A DNA stretch of 63,943 bases, filler included, from an uncultured bacterium (GTDB lineage: Bacteria; Latescibacterota; UBA2968): assembly GCA_964471275.1 (NCBI GenBank). It is 8 parts of 8 records of this genome, joined end to end, with 100 filler letters (N's around TTAATTAATTAA, not from the genome) between each part and the next. Parts side by side here need not be neighbours in the genome. Positions count along the whole stretch, not along the records: positions 51,537 to 59,821 come from CAYYGZ010000209.1; positions 59,922 to 63,943 come from CAYYGZ010000322.1; 6 more parts are not named here. One strand, written 5' to 3'. This document shows positions 52,657 to 63,943 of the stretch, piece by piece (within the stretch, counting starts at the first letter, position 1; every line of letters starts with the position of its first letter). A model generated the notes under the pieces. It was not told where the DNA came from, did not search any database, and saw nothing but the letters and a program-made list of their open reading frames with translations. A program made the translations under genes and the position numbers.

Positions 52657-53328
52657 ATGCTTGAAGCAGAAGGAATCACCAAGCGATTCCGTGTTGGCGA
52701 CACGGATCTCGATGTTCTGAAGGGCATCGATTTTCGGGTCGGTGATGGCGAGATCGTCGGGTTGACGGGTCCGTCAGGAGCTGGCAAGAGCACGCTCCTG
52801 CAAATCCTCGGTGGGTTGGACGCGGCAGACTCTGGTATTGTACAAGTGGCAGGCCAGAACCTCGCCGATCTGAGCGAGGATGAATTGGCGGCGTTTCGGA
52901 ATCGACATATCGGATTTGTATTCCAGTTTCATCACCTGCTACCCGAATTCACGGCGCTCGAGAACGTGATGATGCCTCTTCTCATCCGGGGCGAGCGACA
53001 CGAATCAGCTGCCGAACCTGCTGAGCGGCTGCTGTCGCAGATAGGTCTTTCCGAGCGGTTGCAACATCTGCCTTCGGAATTGTCAGGGGGGGAAGGTCAA
53101 CGGGTCGCCGTCGCGAGAGCCCTTGTGACGGAGCCGACCGTGGTGCTGGCAGACGAGCCATCCGGGAATCTGGACGTAGACCGCAGCCTGGAGCTCTACG
53201 ATCTGATCAGAACGCTTTCACAGAAGTTCGGATCAAGTTTTGTGGTCGCAACACACGACCCCACGTTGTCCGATCGTGTAGACAGAATCGTGCAGATGGC
53301 GGACGGTCTGATCGTCGGCCAGAGCTAG
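52657..53328 (+). CDS. lolD: Lipoprotein-releasing ABC transporter ATP-binding protein
   Basis: GPSGAGKS, GFVFQFHHLLPEFTALENV, LSGGE, LADEP. Confidence 0.85.
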   Translation: MLEAEGITKRFRVGDTDLDVLKGIDFRVGDGEIVGLTGPSGAGKSTLLQILGGLDAADSGIVQVAGQNLADLSEDELAAFRNRHIGFVFQFHHLLPEFTALENVMMPLLIRGERHESAAEPAERLLSQIGLSERLQHLPSELSGGEGQRVAVARALVTEPTVVLADEPSGNLDVDRSLELYDLIRTLSQKFGSSFVVATHDPTLSDRVDRIVQMADGLIVGQS

Positions 53329-53340
53329 ACTGATACGCCT

Positions 53341-53793
53341 ATGGATTGTCAGAACTGTCACGAGCACGAAGCGACTGTCGTTATCACGGAGATCGTGGGT
53401 GAACAACACTCGATCACGCACCTGTGCAAGCGTTGCGCGAACGACCTTGGTGGTGCCGGCGGCGTAGCCATATCGATTCAGACGCTTTCCTCGGAGGATG
53501 AGACTACGGGCGAGTGTCCGACGTGCGGCAAGTCTTTCGCCGAGTTCAGAAAGAGCGGTCTGTTTGGCTGCGCAGACTGTTACACACAGTTTGAGGCGCA
53601 TCTGCCAAAGTTGTTCAAGCGCGTCCAGGGCGTGGTCGACCACGATGTCGACCAGCCGGTGGCAGAGGCTGACGACCTCGCCTCCCTGGAAGAACAGTTG
53701 ACCGAAGCCGTTACGTGTGAGGATTTCGAACGTGCGGCCACCATACGCGATCGGCTTGTGGCAATGAAAGACCACGGATCGGCGACGAAGTGA
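53341..53793 (+). CDS. mcsA: McsA (CxxC-rich, UVR-domain arginine kinase activator)
   Basis: Four CxxC motifs, G.FGCADCY..F, EDFERAATIRD. Confidence 0.9.
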   Translation: MDCQNCHEHEATVVITEIVGEQHSITHLCKRCANDLGGAGGVAISIQTLSSEDETTGECPTCGKSFAEFRKSGLFGCADCYTQFEAHLPKLFKRVQGVVDHDVDQPVAEADDLASLEEQLTEAVTCEDFERAATIRDRLVAMKDHGSATK

Positions 53794-54836
53794 CTTTTGA
53801 CGATCTCGCGACGCGCAGCGCCGGATGGCTCGATGGTTCGGGGAGTCGTGCCTCCTATGTGATCAGCAGCCGTGTTCGACTGGCGCGCAATCTGGCGCAG
53901 CTACCGTTCACGAATCAAGCTACGGATCAGCACAAACGTGACATCGTCAGCCAGGTACTAAGTGCCTCCTCGGGCGCGTCGCTTGCAGAGATGGCCTACT
54001 TTGACACCTGCGCTCAGAACGAACTCGAGCGACAGTTACTGGTGGAAAGACATCTCATCAGTCCCGCACTCGCGAAGGAGACGGGGCCACGCGGCGTCAT
54101 GGTCGAGGAGACAGAAACATCCAGCGTGATGATCAACGAGGAGGACCATCTACGTATTCAGGTGATTCTCTCGGGTCTCCAGGCCGCCGAGGCCTACGAA
54201 ACGGCTCGCGCCCTCGAGCAGGATCTCGCCACCGATCTGGATTTCGCGGCTTCGTCCCGATGGGGCTTTCTGACCGCCTGCGCCACGAACACAGGGACGG
54301 GTCTCCGGGCGTCCACGTTGATTCACCTACCCGGTCTCGCCCTGACCAAGGAAATGGACAGTGTGGTCAGAGGGGTGGCTCAACTGGGCTTTGCGGTTCG
54401 AGGGATATACGGTGAAGGGAGTGATTCGGCTGGGAATCTTTACCAAATTTCCAACCAGCTGACGCTTGGCCGATCCGAACAGACACTGTTGGAAGGGCTG
54501 AATAGAGTGGTGGGTCAGGTTGTCGAGTGTGAAATGAATGCTCGGGAGACGCTGGCCCGCGAAGCTAGACAGCAGATTGAGGACAAGGTGTGGCGCGCAT
54601 TGGGGATTATGGAACGCGCCCGATTGCTCACGTCGCAGGAATTGATGAATTTCTCGTCAGCCATACGGCTCGGCATCGATATGGAGATGCTGCCCGGTTT
54701 GGCGACGGCGACCATAAACGATATCATGGTCAGTACACAGCCATCGCATCTGCAGCACCGGTCAGACAATCCACTTGACGCAAACGAACGAGATCTGCTG
54801 AGGGCGGCCGTGGTCAGAGAGCGTCTGGCCGCCTGA
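53790..54836 (+). CDS. mcsB: Protein arginine kinase McsB
   Basis: SSRVRLARN, LVERHLIS, INEEDHLRIQ, LTAC.TN.GTGLRAS, RGIYGEGS, QISNQLTLG. Confidence 0.93.
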   Translation: MTFDDLATRSAGWLDGSGSRASYVISSRVRLARNLAQLPFTNQATDQHKRDIVSQVLSASSGASLAEMAYFDTCAQNELERQLLVERHLISPALAKETGPRGVMVEETETSSVMINEEDHLRIQVILSGLQAAEAYETARALEQDLATDLDFAASSRWGFLTACATNTGTGLRASTLIHLPGLALTKEMDSVVRGVAQLGFAVRGIYGEGSDSAGNLYQISNQLTLGRSEQTLLEGLNRVVGQVVECEMNARETLAREARQQIEDKVWRALGIMERARLLTSQELMNFSSAIRLGIDMEMLPGLATATINDIMVSTQPSHLQHRSDNPLDANERDLLRAAVVRERLAA

Positions 54837-54933
54837 GCATCGAGGCAGACCTAAGAGATGGGAAGGACTTCCAAATACGCGCCTTGAGCGCGCTTGTCCG
54901 TGAAGGGCGAGATAGGGGAAGAGGAGATACTAG

Positions 54934-57393
54934 ATGAACAACATGTTTTCGGACCGAGTTAAACGCGTCATGCAGCTCGCACGCGAGGAGGCTGCACGAC
55001 TCGGGCATAACTACATCGGCACGGAGCACCTCCTGCTTGGGATTATCCGAGAAGGAAAGGGCTCGGCAACGACTGTGCTGCAGAATCTCGGTTTGAATCT
55101 CGAGAATATCAAGCAATCCATCGACGACTATGTTGCCTCCTCCGGCGGATCGATGACGATGGGCGAGGTACCGTTTACCCCGCGTGCGAAACAGATTCTC
55201 GAGATTGCGGCGAACGAGGCCAAGGAGATGAAGAGCCAGTTCGTCAAGACGTGCCACCTCCTCCTTGCTCTTCTGAAGGACAAAGATGGTGTCGCTGCAC
55301 AGATCCTTGCCGCCTTCGGTGTGGACCACAAGACGGCAAAAGAGGAAGTCATCGCCGTCCTGCAGGGCAAGCCGACAGGCAAGCGAGAAAAGAAGAAGAG
55401 CAAGACGCCTTTCCTCGATCATTTCGGGCGGGATCTTACCGATCTGGCACGTCAGGGCAAGCTGGATCCGGTTATCGGCCGGAACGAGGAAATAGAGCGT
55501 GTATCACAGGTCCTGAGTCGTTACAAGAAGAATAACCCGGTGCTCATCGGCGATCCGGGTGTCGGCAAGACATCCATCGTGGAAGGACTCGCACAGCGTA
55601 TCATTGAACGTCGTGTACCGCAGGTCTTGGTGGACAAGCGTGTTGTCACGCTCGATATGGGTGGGATCGTCGCTGGCACAAAGTATCGCGGCCAGTTCGA
55701 GGAGCGCATCAAGGCGGTGATGAACGAGCTCCAGCAGAGCACGGATGTCATCATCTTTATCGATGAGCTGCACACGATTGTGGGGGCGGGATCGGCGGAA
55801 GGAACGCTGGACGCGTCGAACATGTTCAAACCGGCTCTCTCACGTGGTGAGCTGCAGTGCATCGGCGCCACGACGCTGGACGAGTATCGAAAGTATATTG
55901 AGAAGGATGGTGCGCTCGAGCGACGTTTTCAGACGATCTTGGTCGAGGCGCCCTCGGTCGATGAATCGATCGAGATCCTCAAGGGATCTATATCCAGCTA
56001 CGAGACACACCACAAGGTCAAGTATACGGACGGCGCGATCGAAGCGGCCGTTCGCCAGGCGGATCGATATATCACGGATCGACACTTGCCAGACAAGGCG
56101 ATCGATGTCGTCGACGAGACGGGATCGCGCGTCCGACTTGCCCGGTTGAACCCGCCGGAAGAGATCAAAGAGCTCGAGCTCGAGATTGAAGACATCACGA
56201 CCAACAAGGATGAGGCGGCTGACCAGCAGCAGTTCGAGGAAGCCGCCAAGCTGCGCGATCAGGAACGCTCAAAGAAGGCCCTGCTCGAGGAGAAGCGGAA
56301 GGAGTGGGATCAGAAGGTCAAGGACGAGGTCGTCGAGGTCGACGAAGATCAGATCGCCGAAGTGATCTCGAATATGACCGGTATCCCGGTATTCCGCCTC
56401 GCGCAGGAAGAGTCGGACAAGCTTCTCCGGATGGCAGACGAGATCCGAGAGTCCGTTGTCGGCCAGGACGAGGCCGTAGAAACGATCTGTCGATCGATCC
56501 GCCGGACACGCGCCGGGCTCAAGGATCCGAACCAGCCGATCGGCACGTTCCTCTTCCTCGGCCCCACGGGTATCGGCAAGACTTGGTTGCCTCAGACCCT
56601 CGCGAAGTATCTGTTCAATGACGACGATGCGCTGATCCGTATCGACATGTCGGAGTATATGGAGAAGTTCGCGATTTCTCGTCTTGTCGGCGCGCCTCCG
56701 GGCTACGTCGGATACGACGAGGGCGGGCAGCTGACCGAGAAGGTTCGCCGCAGACCTTATTCTGTGGTGCTTCTGGACGAAATCGAAAAAGCGCACCCCG
56801 ATGTGTTCAACCTGCTCTTACAGGTTCTGGACGAGGGCCGGCTGACGGACAGTTTTGGCCGGAAGGTCAACTTCAAGAACACGATCCTGGTCCTGACATC
56901 GAACCTGGGGACGCGTGATATCTCAAAGTCGGGCGGGCTCGGTTTTCAGACGTCTGACAAGAAATCGCTTAGGGAGCGGCTGGAGCACCGGATCAACGAA
57001 GAAGTGAAGAAGACGTTCAGTCCTGAGTTTCTCAACCGTCTGGACGAGACGGTTGTCTTTAATCCGCTGGATCGGAAGGACATCCTTTCGATCGTCGACA
57101 TCGAGCTTAAGGACGTGGTCACTCGAGTCGAGGAGCGGGGTATGTCGATCAGCCTGACCCCCGGTGCAAAGACGCTTCTGGCCGAGAAGGGGTTCGACCA
57201 AACCTACGGTGCGCGTCAGCTCAAACGGACGATCCAGAAACTCGTGGAAGACCCGCTTGCTGAGGATATCCTTCAGGGCCGGTTTACGGAGGGCAGCAAG
57301 ATTCGGATATCCAAGAAGTCCGGCGGGTTGCACTTCGTGGACGAAACCGCGGGAGAGAATGCGGACAAAGTGCTTAACAAGGACAAGGCGTAG
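54934..57393 (+). CDS. clpC: ATP-dependent Clp protease ATP-binding subunit ClpC
   Basis: Clp-N repeats, two AAA+ modules ([16 protein letters not shown]), UVR-like middle domain, LGF ClpP-docking loop. Confidence 0.96.
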   Translation: MNNMFSDRVKRVMQLAREEAARLGHNYIGTEHLLLGIIREGKGSATTVLQNLGLNLENIKQSIDDYVASSGGSMTMGEVPFTPRAKQILEIAANEAKEMKSQFVKTCHLLLALLKDKDGVAAQILAAFGVDHKTAKEEVIAVLQGKPTGKREKKKSKTPFLDHFGRDLTDLARQGKLDPVIGRNEEIERVSQVLSRYKKNNPVLIGDPGVGKTSIVEGLAQRIIERRVPQVLVDKRVVTLDMGGIVAGTKYRGQFEERIKAVMNELQQSTDVIIFIDELHTIVGAGSAEGTLDASNMFKPALSRGELQCIGATTLDEYRKYIEKDGALERRFQTILVEAPSVDESIEILKGSISSYETHHKVKYTDGAIEAAVRQADRYITDRHLPDKAIDVVDETGSRVRLARLNPPEEIKELELEIEDITTNKDEAADQQQFEEAAKLRDQERSKKALLEEKRKEWDQKVKDEVVEVDEDQIAEVISNMTGIPVFRLAQEESDKLLRMADEIRESVVGQDEAVETICRSIRRTRAGLKDPNQPIGTFLFLGPTGIGKTWLPQTLAKYLFNDDDALIRIDMSEYMEKFAISRLVGAPPGYVGYDEGGQLTEKVRRRPYSVVLLDEIEKAHPDVFNLLLQVLDEGRLTDSFGRKVNFKNTILVLTSNLGTRDISKSGGLGFQTSDKKSLRERLEHRINEEVKKTFSPEFLNRLDETVVFNPLDRKDILSIVDIELKDVVTRVEERGMSISLTPGAKTLLAEKGFDQTYGARQLKRTIQKLVEDPLAEDILQGRFTEGSKIRISKKSGGLHFVDETAGENADKVLNKDKA

Positions 57394-57540
57394 CTGACGG
57401 ACGTGACCTCTTGAAAGACATATCGTTTTTGGGCTCGGGATTCTTCCCGGGCCCGTCTGCTTGTTGAACAGGAACCTTTCGCCGGGCCGGGCGTATGGCT
57501 CATAGAGTCTTCTGAAGACGCCCCGGCTTGGAGGTACATT

Positions 57541-59821
57541 TTGATACATAAGCATCAATACAACAGTGTCCTGCTGATCATACTTCTGCTGAGTGCCGTT
57601 GGTACCGCGTATGCGCAGTTTGAGCGTCCCATCATCAAGGAGATCCGGGTTCGCGGGAACGAGATCACCGAAGAATCGCTGATTCGTTTCCAGTGCGGGC
57701 TTGAGGAGGGCACGCGTCTGCAGCCCGACGATCCTGCCTCGGCGATCCGAAACCTGTATACGCTCGGTCTCTTCTCCGACGTCAAACTGTTTGCCGATGC
57801 CAACGCGGATGGCGAATTCATTCTGATCATCCAGGTCGACGAGCATCCGCAATTGTCGGAGGTGGTGGTAGCGGGCAACAAGGCAATCAAGACGAAGAAG
57901 CTGAAGAAGGTGATCGGCTTCATCCGGGGAGAATGGGTCGAGCCGCAGGCGATCGTTCGTGCCGAGCAGGATGTTCTGGAGGCCTATCGGGAGAAAGGAT
58001 TCAACCTCGCGAAGGTCGAGGTGGAGCGAGGGGGGACTGACGAAGAGGGCAGGCGGCAGCTGATTTTCAGCGTTGAAGAGGGCCCGAAGGTTAACCTGAA
58101 GCGAATCACCTTCAAGGGGAACGAGGCGTTTACGAGCGGGAAGCTGCGCAGCCGGATGGAGGAAACGAAGCAGGACGGGTGGTGGTTTGGCGGCGGCAAG
58201 TACAGCGCGAAGACTTACGAGCTGGACAAGGAAAAGGTCATTGAATGGTATCGACAGAACGGATATCGCGAAGCAGAGGTCCTGAGTGACAGCCTCTATT
58301 TCGACGAGGGCGGTAAGGATCTCTTTATCGATATCACGGTGGCCGAAGGTCCGCTCTACACGTTTGGCGATGTAGCGTGGGAGGGTAACGAGAACCTGCC
58401 TGATATCGCTTTTCACAGCCTGATCGTCAGCAAGAAAGCTTCTGTCTACAGCACGGAACGGATTCAAAAGTCGCTCGAGCAGTTGCGAAACGCTTATCTG
58501 GATATCGGGTATCTCGGGGCAACCGTCGGCAAGACCGAGCATCCTCAGGAGGAAGGCAATATTGTCGATCTGAAGTTCTTCGTGAAGGAGAACGACCCCT
58601 GGAAGGTTCGCGAGATCGTGATTTCCGGGAACACCAAGACAAAAGACCGGGTGATCAGGCGTGAGCTCTGGATCCAACCGGGCGAGGTTTTTGCCCGTTC
58701 CAAGATCGAGCGCAGCGTTCGGAACCTGATGCAGCTCAACTACTTCAACACGGTTGAGCCGGATCTCCGGACAAACGAGGAGACATCGGAAATCGACCTG
58801 GTCCTCGAGGTGGATGAACGTCAAACCGGTACCGCCTCGATCGGAGCGGGTTTCTCCGAGCGGGACAAGCTTGTCGGCACGGTTGGGCTGCAGATTCCGA
58901 ACTTCATGGGGAACGGTCAGCAGCTCGATTTTCAGTGGGAATTCGGAACTCAGCGTGAGACGTTTGTACTTGGGTTCACCGAGCCCTGGATGATGAACAC
59001 GCCGACCAGTCTTTCGACACAACTCTTTAGCACGACGTCACGGTTTATCTCAGACTTTGACCAGCGGTCACAGGGCGGAACTATCCGCGTCGGGAGACGG
59101 CTGCAGTGGCCGGACTTCTCGAGCGTTTCGGTCGGGTACAACCTGAGCGAAGTCAAGTTCATCAATTTTCAGGACTCGACGCGTATCGGTGATCCCTCCC
59201 TGCGCGACAATCTGACCAGTTCGGTGTCGCTCAGTTTTCAGAGAGACAGTCGAGATCTGCCGATCTTTCCGACATCAGGATCGGTGTTCAGCTATCGCCC
59301 CGAGATTGCCGGGGGTATCCTGGCTGGGAACGTCGATTTTCACAAGCACGACTTTACCGCCAGCTTCAACTTTCCTGTGTTCTGGAAGTTTGCGTTGAAT
59401 GTCCGCTCTACTCTGGGTCTTGTGATTGGCTATGGGGACGGCGCGGTGCCCTTCAGTGAACTCTACACACCGGGTGGTGTCGACCTGTTCGACCGGACGA
59501 TGCTCAGAGGGTATGCAGACCAATCTGTCGGGCCCAGAAACTCGAACGGGGCGGCAATCGGCGGCAACACACAACTGCTTTTTAACGCCGAACTTAGCAT
59601 ACCGATCGCTCCGAACCAGTTCTACGGTCTGCTCTTCGCTGACGCTGGAAATGCTTGGGATAATCAGGCCAAAATCAGTATGTTTGACCTCCGACGATCT
59701 GTCGGGGTTGGTATCCGGATTGTGGCGCCTCTTCTCGGGATCATGGGTTTCGATTTCGCCTGGGGATTGGACAGAGAGATCGTCGATGGTCTGCCTACAG
59801 GGATGACGACACACTTCCAAT
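57541..59821 (+). CDS. bamA: Outer-membrane protein assembly factor BamA (3' truncated)
   Basis: Signal peptide, POTRA repeats (GNTKTKDRVIRRE), barrel with LRGY and FADAGNAW. Confidence 0.95.
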
Positions 59822-59921
59822 NNNNNNNNNNNNNNNNNNNNNNNNNNNNNNNNNNNNNNNNNNNNTTAATTAATTAANNNNNNNNNNNNNNNNNNNNNNN
59901 NNNNNNNNNNNNNNNNNNNNN

Positions 59922-60999
59922 TCGCCCGATTGACTTTGATCATCCGTCTCGGCAGATCGTGATCGGCCTTCTCCACTCGATACTTCTCGATCGCGTCCTG
60001 ATCCATCTCTACCCCCAGCCCAGGTGATTCCGGCACTTGTGCGTGCCCGCCGGCCACGGCGATCCGCTCCTTCAGCAGGTTGTGTTCATACAATTCGTGA
60101 CAGTTTATCGTCGGCCACTGTGCCTGCACGAGCACCGAGCTCAGGTGCAAAGACATCGCCGTCGTGGGTCCCGCTCCCACCATCTGCAGAAAGAACGGCA
60201 TGTTCATCGCCGCCGCGGTCGCCCCCTGATTCATCGTACTCACCACCCCACCACCGACCACCCACCCATCACACACACCACCCATTTCGACCCCGGCTCT
60301 CGGTCCGATTGTGCCATAGTGATGTGCGATCGCCGTCCGGATCTGGGTCCGCATATACCGATTGCCTGACGCATCGTCTCGCTTGATGGGATCCTCGAAG
60401 ATCTTGATCTTCGGAAAACACTCTTCCAGCTCACGCAGCACGGGGATCGCGTTCGACACATTGTTCAGAAAGGCGTTCCAATCCGCATCGATTCGAAAAT
60501 GATCCGGCGTCACCTCACTGATTCGGTGCATCGTCTCCCGAACATCGAACCAAGGCCGTGTCTTTACCTTGATGCACGTGTATCCGAGCTCAACAGCCTT
60601 CTTCGCCTCGATCTCATACTTTTCCGGCGACATATCGTGATCCCAGAACGACATCGCACACCAGTCCCGACACTTGTTTCCGAGAAGTCGATACACGGGA
60701 ACGCCTGCCAGCTTCCCTGCCGCGTCGAACAGCGCCATCTGAAGCCCCGCTCCAAGCGAGTCGTCCCACATCAGCTCAAATGGAGTCTTCCCGATCACCC
60801 GATCCTCCGCCTGCACCTTTCCCCACGTGTAGTTCTGAATCGTCTCCCCCCACCCGATAATCTCACCGTCCGTCACCACCTTCGTGATCTCCAACTCCGA
60901 CCACGTATGGATCCCCGCCCGCTCCATCTCCCGCCGCACCCTCTCGACAAACGGAACCTGTAACGTAAACCGCTCGACCTTCGTAACTTTTCCGAACAT
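59922..60999 (-). CDS. Mandelate racemase/muconate lactonizing (enolase superfamily) enzyme (3' truncated)
   Basis: GWGE, ALFDAAGKLAGVPVYRLLG, KVK, IDAD.N, FEDP, PESPGLGVE. Confidence 0.88.
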
Positions 61000-61252
61000 C
61001 GTTTCGTCCTTCCCGGTATGGAAACGCGATGGCTAATACTGATGGCCTCTTGGTGCAAAAACAATGGTGTTCTGTCAAGAAGGCGTGAGACGACGTGGGG
61101 GATTGCCACTCTGAATGCGGCGATCACAGGATTTTCGTATCATCCAACTACCCATCGCCCTGCGAGTCTCGAGTACAGCCCTGAGGCAGTCGACTTCAGC
61201 AGACTGCGGGCTACCCGGGCGGCAACTCACATCCAGATGCGAAGAGAAACGA

Positions 61253-61597
61253 ATGATCATTGCGATCACCCTCATCTCCGTCTTTTTCCTGATACTCGGT
61301 TTGATATTCAGGTTACTCAAACCCGTCAACGTTCTTTCGGGAATCAGTGCCGAGAACGTCCGCGATCGTGACGGGCTTTGCAGGTGGTTCGGCAACGCCT
61401 TGACTGCTTTTGCCGTTCTGTATGGTCTGATCGCCATCGGGCTTGACCGATTTGGGGTCGATACGTCTCGTGCCTCGAATACCGTGACGATCCTCGTCGC
61501 ATTCTTTCTGTTGGGACAGTGCCTCGTCGTCACCTACGTCATGGGAACCGGTAAATTCACACGGGCCTCAGAACACCCTCAGGACCACCCGGAATAG
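61253..61597 (+). CDS. Small membrane protein (DUF3784-like)
   Basis: Three TM helices; NVLSG....V.D..GLCR..G pattern. Confidence 0.55.
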   Translation: MIIAITLISVFFLILGLIFRLLKPVNVLSGISAENVRDRDGLCRWFGNALTAFAVLYGLIAIGLDRFGVDTSRASNTVTILVAFFLLGQCLVVTYVMGTGKFTRASEHPQDHPE

Positions 61598-61634
61598 GCC
61601 GCAGATACGCACTTATGCTGAGCGGGAAAGAGCC

Positions 61635-62249
61635 GTGGATATTGAGATCTGCATCAGCAGCGATGGCAACGTGGAAAGCGAGGTCGGGGCGGCCTACTGT
61701 GGCGGTGCTGCGAGAATCGAGCTGTGCAGCAGCATGGCAGAAGACGGACTCACACCCACACCAGGCCAGATTGCGCGAGCCAGAGAGGCCTTCCCAGATA
61801 CGCCCGGGTTGATGGTCATGATCCGCCCCCGACCGGGCAACTTTCACTATTCTACCGAAGAACAGGATCAGATGACGACGCAGATTGTGCGGACAGCCGA
61901 GGTCGGGGCCGATGGTGTTGTCTTCGGTGCGCTGAGCGAGAACAGCAACATTGACATGCGCGCCGTAGAGAATTGTGTCCGGTTGAGTCGAAGCCTGGGC
62001 TTAAAGACAACCTTCCACCGAGCCTTCGACGCCGCACCACAAACCGACCGATCTCTGGACATCCTGATCGACATCGGCGTTGACAGAGTCCTGACCAGCG
62101 GCATCGCCTGGGGGCAAACGGGATCCGCGCTGGAAGGACTGGACCGTCTGATTCGCTCGATCCGTGCACGGCTAGCGACTCCCGGCTTTCCGCCTCTGCA
62201 ATCTTCCATCTTCTATCAGAAATCCTCGATTGAACCACAACATCCCTAA
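61635..62249 (+). CDS. cutC: Copper homeostasis protein CutC, C-terminally truncated (possible pseudogene)
   Basis: RIELC, GLTP, VMIRPRPGNF.Y, GADGVVFG, TFHRAFD, RVLTSG; the usual downstream GGG/N strands are missing. Confidence 0.8.
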   Translation: MDIEICISSDGNVESEVGAAYCGGAARIELCSSMAEDGLTPTPGQIARAREAFPDTPGLMVMIRPRPGNFHYSTEEQDQMTTQIVRTAEVGADGVVFGALSENSNIDMRAVENCVRLSRSLGLKTTFHRAFDAAPQTDRSLDILIDIGVDRVLTSGIAWGQTGSALEGLDRLIRSIRARLATPGFPPLQSSIFYQKSSIEPQHP

Positions 62250-63396
62250 GCTGTATGTGATCCAGGCATTCCGTTGGTTCCTCCTGCTGATGCCGGTCTT
62301 CGTCCTCTTCTACCAGGAAAACGGTCTAGGACTTCAGGACATCTTCATCATCCAGGCGTTCTACTCGATTTGCGTTATCCTGTTCGAGATTCCTTCCGGC
62401 TATTTTGCGGACATCTTGGGCCGGAAACGATCGATGCTGATCGGCGTCATCTTCGCGGCGCTCGGGTTCAACTACTACGCCTTCGCATACACGTTCCAGG
62501 AGTTCCTGTTCGCCCAGTTCCTGCTCGCCCTCGGATCCAGCTTTGTCTCAGGATCTGATACCGCTCTCCTCTACGATTCTCTGATTCAACTCGGTCGAGA
62601 ACGTGAATATCAGAGAGTTGCGGGCAAATTGGCCTCGATCAGCAACTTCTCAGAAGGTATTGCCGGTATCATGGGGGGCGCGCTGGCGATCATCAGCTTG
62701 CGCACTCCGCTCTATGTGCACGCGGGTATGACGCTTCTCGTTATCCCGCTTGTCGCCACGCTCAAGGAACCTGACCGCACCACGGCCGATCGCTCAGAGA
62801 ATAGCTTCAAGGCCATCCTACGGATTGTCCGCTACGCTCTGCACGGACACGCCGAGGTGAAATGGCTGATCCTCTACTCGTCTCTGATCGGAACATCGAC
62901 GCTTACAATCGTCTGGTTCGTGCAGCCGTATCTGGAAACTGTCGGTATGCCGTTGGCGTGGTTCGGTGCTTCTTGGGCAGTGCTCCAGTTCTCCATCGGT
63001 ATATTCGCGATCAACGCGCACAGGATCGAGACATTCCTCGGTCGACGCACATCATTGATCTCCCTCATTTTGCTCGCATCTGCGGGCTACCTGCTCCTCA
63101 GCCAGTTCCAGACCATCTGGGCACTTCCTTTTCTCTTCATCTTCTACCTGGTGCGCGGGATAAACGGGCCCGTCCTGAACGACTACATAAACCGGTGCGT
63201 GAGCTCTGGCATACGCGCAACCGTGATGTCCGTCAAGAGCCTGGTCGGCCGTTTGATGTTCGCCGTCCTCGGCCCATTTGTCGGCTGGATCAACGACGCC
63301 TACTCGTTCGCAGATGCTTTCCTTGCCTGCGGCCTGGTGTTCCTGGTCTCTGGCGTCCTGTTTCTGTATTTCCTCCACCGGAATAGAGTGCTCTAG
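62230..63396 (+). CDS. MFS transporter
   Basis: FEIPSGYFADILGRKRS, SGSDTALLYDS, RATVMS; about 12 TM helices. Confidence 0.92.
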   Translation: MNHNIPKLYVIQAFRWFLLLMPVFVLFYQENGLGLQDIFIIQAFYSICVILFEIPSGYFADILGRKRSMLIGVIFAALGFNYYAFAYTFQEFLFAQFLLALGSSFVSGSDTALLYDSLIQLGREREYQRVAGKLASISNFSEGIAGIMGGALAIISLRTPLYVHAGMTLLVIPLVATLKEPDRTTADRSENSFKAILRIVRYALHGHAEVKWLILYSSLIGTSTLTIVWFVQPYLETVGMPLAWFGASWAVLQFSIGIFAINAHRIETFLGRRTSLISLILLASAGYLLLSQFQTIWALPFLFIFYLVRGINGPVLNDYINRCVSSGIRATVMSVKSLVGRLMFAVLGPFVGWINDAYSFADAFLACGLVFLVSGVLFLYFLHRNRVL

Positions 63397-63688
63397 CTTG
63401 ACCAGTGCGCGCATTGCTCGCGCGAATAGGGTTAAGTACCAGATCGGCCTTACGTTGTCAGCCTGCTCGCGTTAAGGGCTGTTCATTTCTTCAGGACCAA
63501 CACCTCGACTCGCGCTCGGTGTGACGGTGCCTTGGGGGCTGTCCAATGAAGAATACCTTCTAGCAGCATGACCCATCGTCACAGTATCGGTTTCCACAGC
63601 GATGTGTCTCATCCGTGTGCGCTGCACGAGGACGTCTGATATTCGAACAGGTAGTCAGTCAGCAGGTGAACTTTTAGCAAAACAGTCG

Positions 63689-63719
63689 TTGACCTGTCTA
63701 TAGCTTCACAGTGTATCCT
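63689..63719 (+). promoter_or_regulatory. MerR-type long-spacer promoter
   Basis: TTGACC, 19 nt, TATCCT, with CTGT...ACAG dyad arms across the spacer. Confidence 0.55.
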
Positions 63720-63783
63720 TTCTCTACTATGGCCGTAGTAACCCGTCGACAAGCAGGCAACCCGTAGAGAAGGAGCGATATCC

Positions 63784-63943
63784 ATGTCTTCAGTGACCGT
63801 AGATCAATGGGTCGACATGTTCAGGGCGATCGATCCCGATGATGCAACCTTGCACAAGTGGCACGCGATTTTCGAACGGCGCCACCCCGACGCACACCAG
63901 AGCTTTCTCGAATGGTTTGGCTTTGACGAATCGGATATCAAGC
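63784..63943 (+). CDS. Small protein resembling the C-terminal domain of some MerR regulators (truncated by window)
   Basis: AAGGAG RBS; WVDMFRA...LHKWHAIFERRHPDAHQSFLEWFG. Confidence 0.6.
   Translation, partial: MSSVTVDQWVDMFRAIDPDDATLHKWHAIFERRHPDAHQSFLEWFGFDESDIK

Noticed and set aside
56923..59022. 699-aa minus-strand ORF (and similar long ORFs at 46161-47693, 43336-44745, 6448-7674)
   Set aside because: Antisense shadows of clpC/bamA, the sulfatase, the oxidoreductase and the secreted protein; no motifs, and expected in GC-rich coding DNA

Overview
The window is not one continuous locus. It is eight roughly 8.5-kb contigs (the last one cut by the window end) joined by artificial N...TTAATTAATTAA...N linkers at about 8621, 17328, 25913, 34482, 43029, 51437 and 59822, so synteny holds only within a contig. 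The DNA is from a GC-rich diderm bacterium. BamA, LolD, a PorV-like barrel next to a T9SS-type cargo, McsA-McsB-ClpC, GcvPA/PB, and sulfatase, Gfo/Idh/MocA and URO-D-like genes suggest an FCB-superphylum organism such as Ca. Latescibacterota (inference). Housekeeping content: pfk-gap-pgk-tpi-secG-tRNA-Leu followed by an integrase; hflKC-coaE-gcvPA/PB; a sigma70-family factor; iolD/iolE; pdxA; recJ; and lysS-lolD-mcsA-mcsB-clpC-bamA. About seven genes are visibly decayed. The strongest novelty candidate is a gene-free 410-bp segment (40557-40967) bounded by two convergent, near-consensus sigma28/SigD promoters and filled by two multi-branched RNA structures. Other notable items: a HAD-phosphatase-YvcK fusion beside the glycolytic operon, a 5'-nucleotidase-like domain fused to a C-terminal beta-barrel, a remote RidA-like protein, a stand-alone MerR C-terminal-like protein behind a 19-bp-spacer promoter, and dispersed 7-mer/9-mer repeat elements, one of which flanks a GxxExxY pseudogene.
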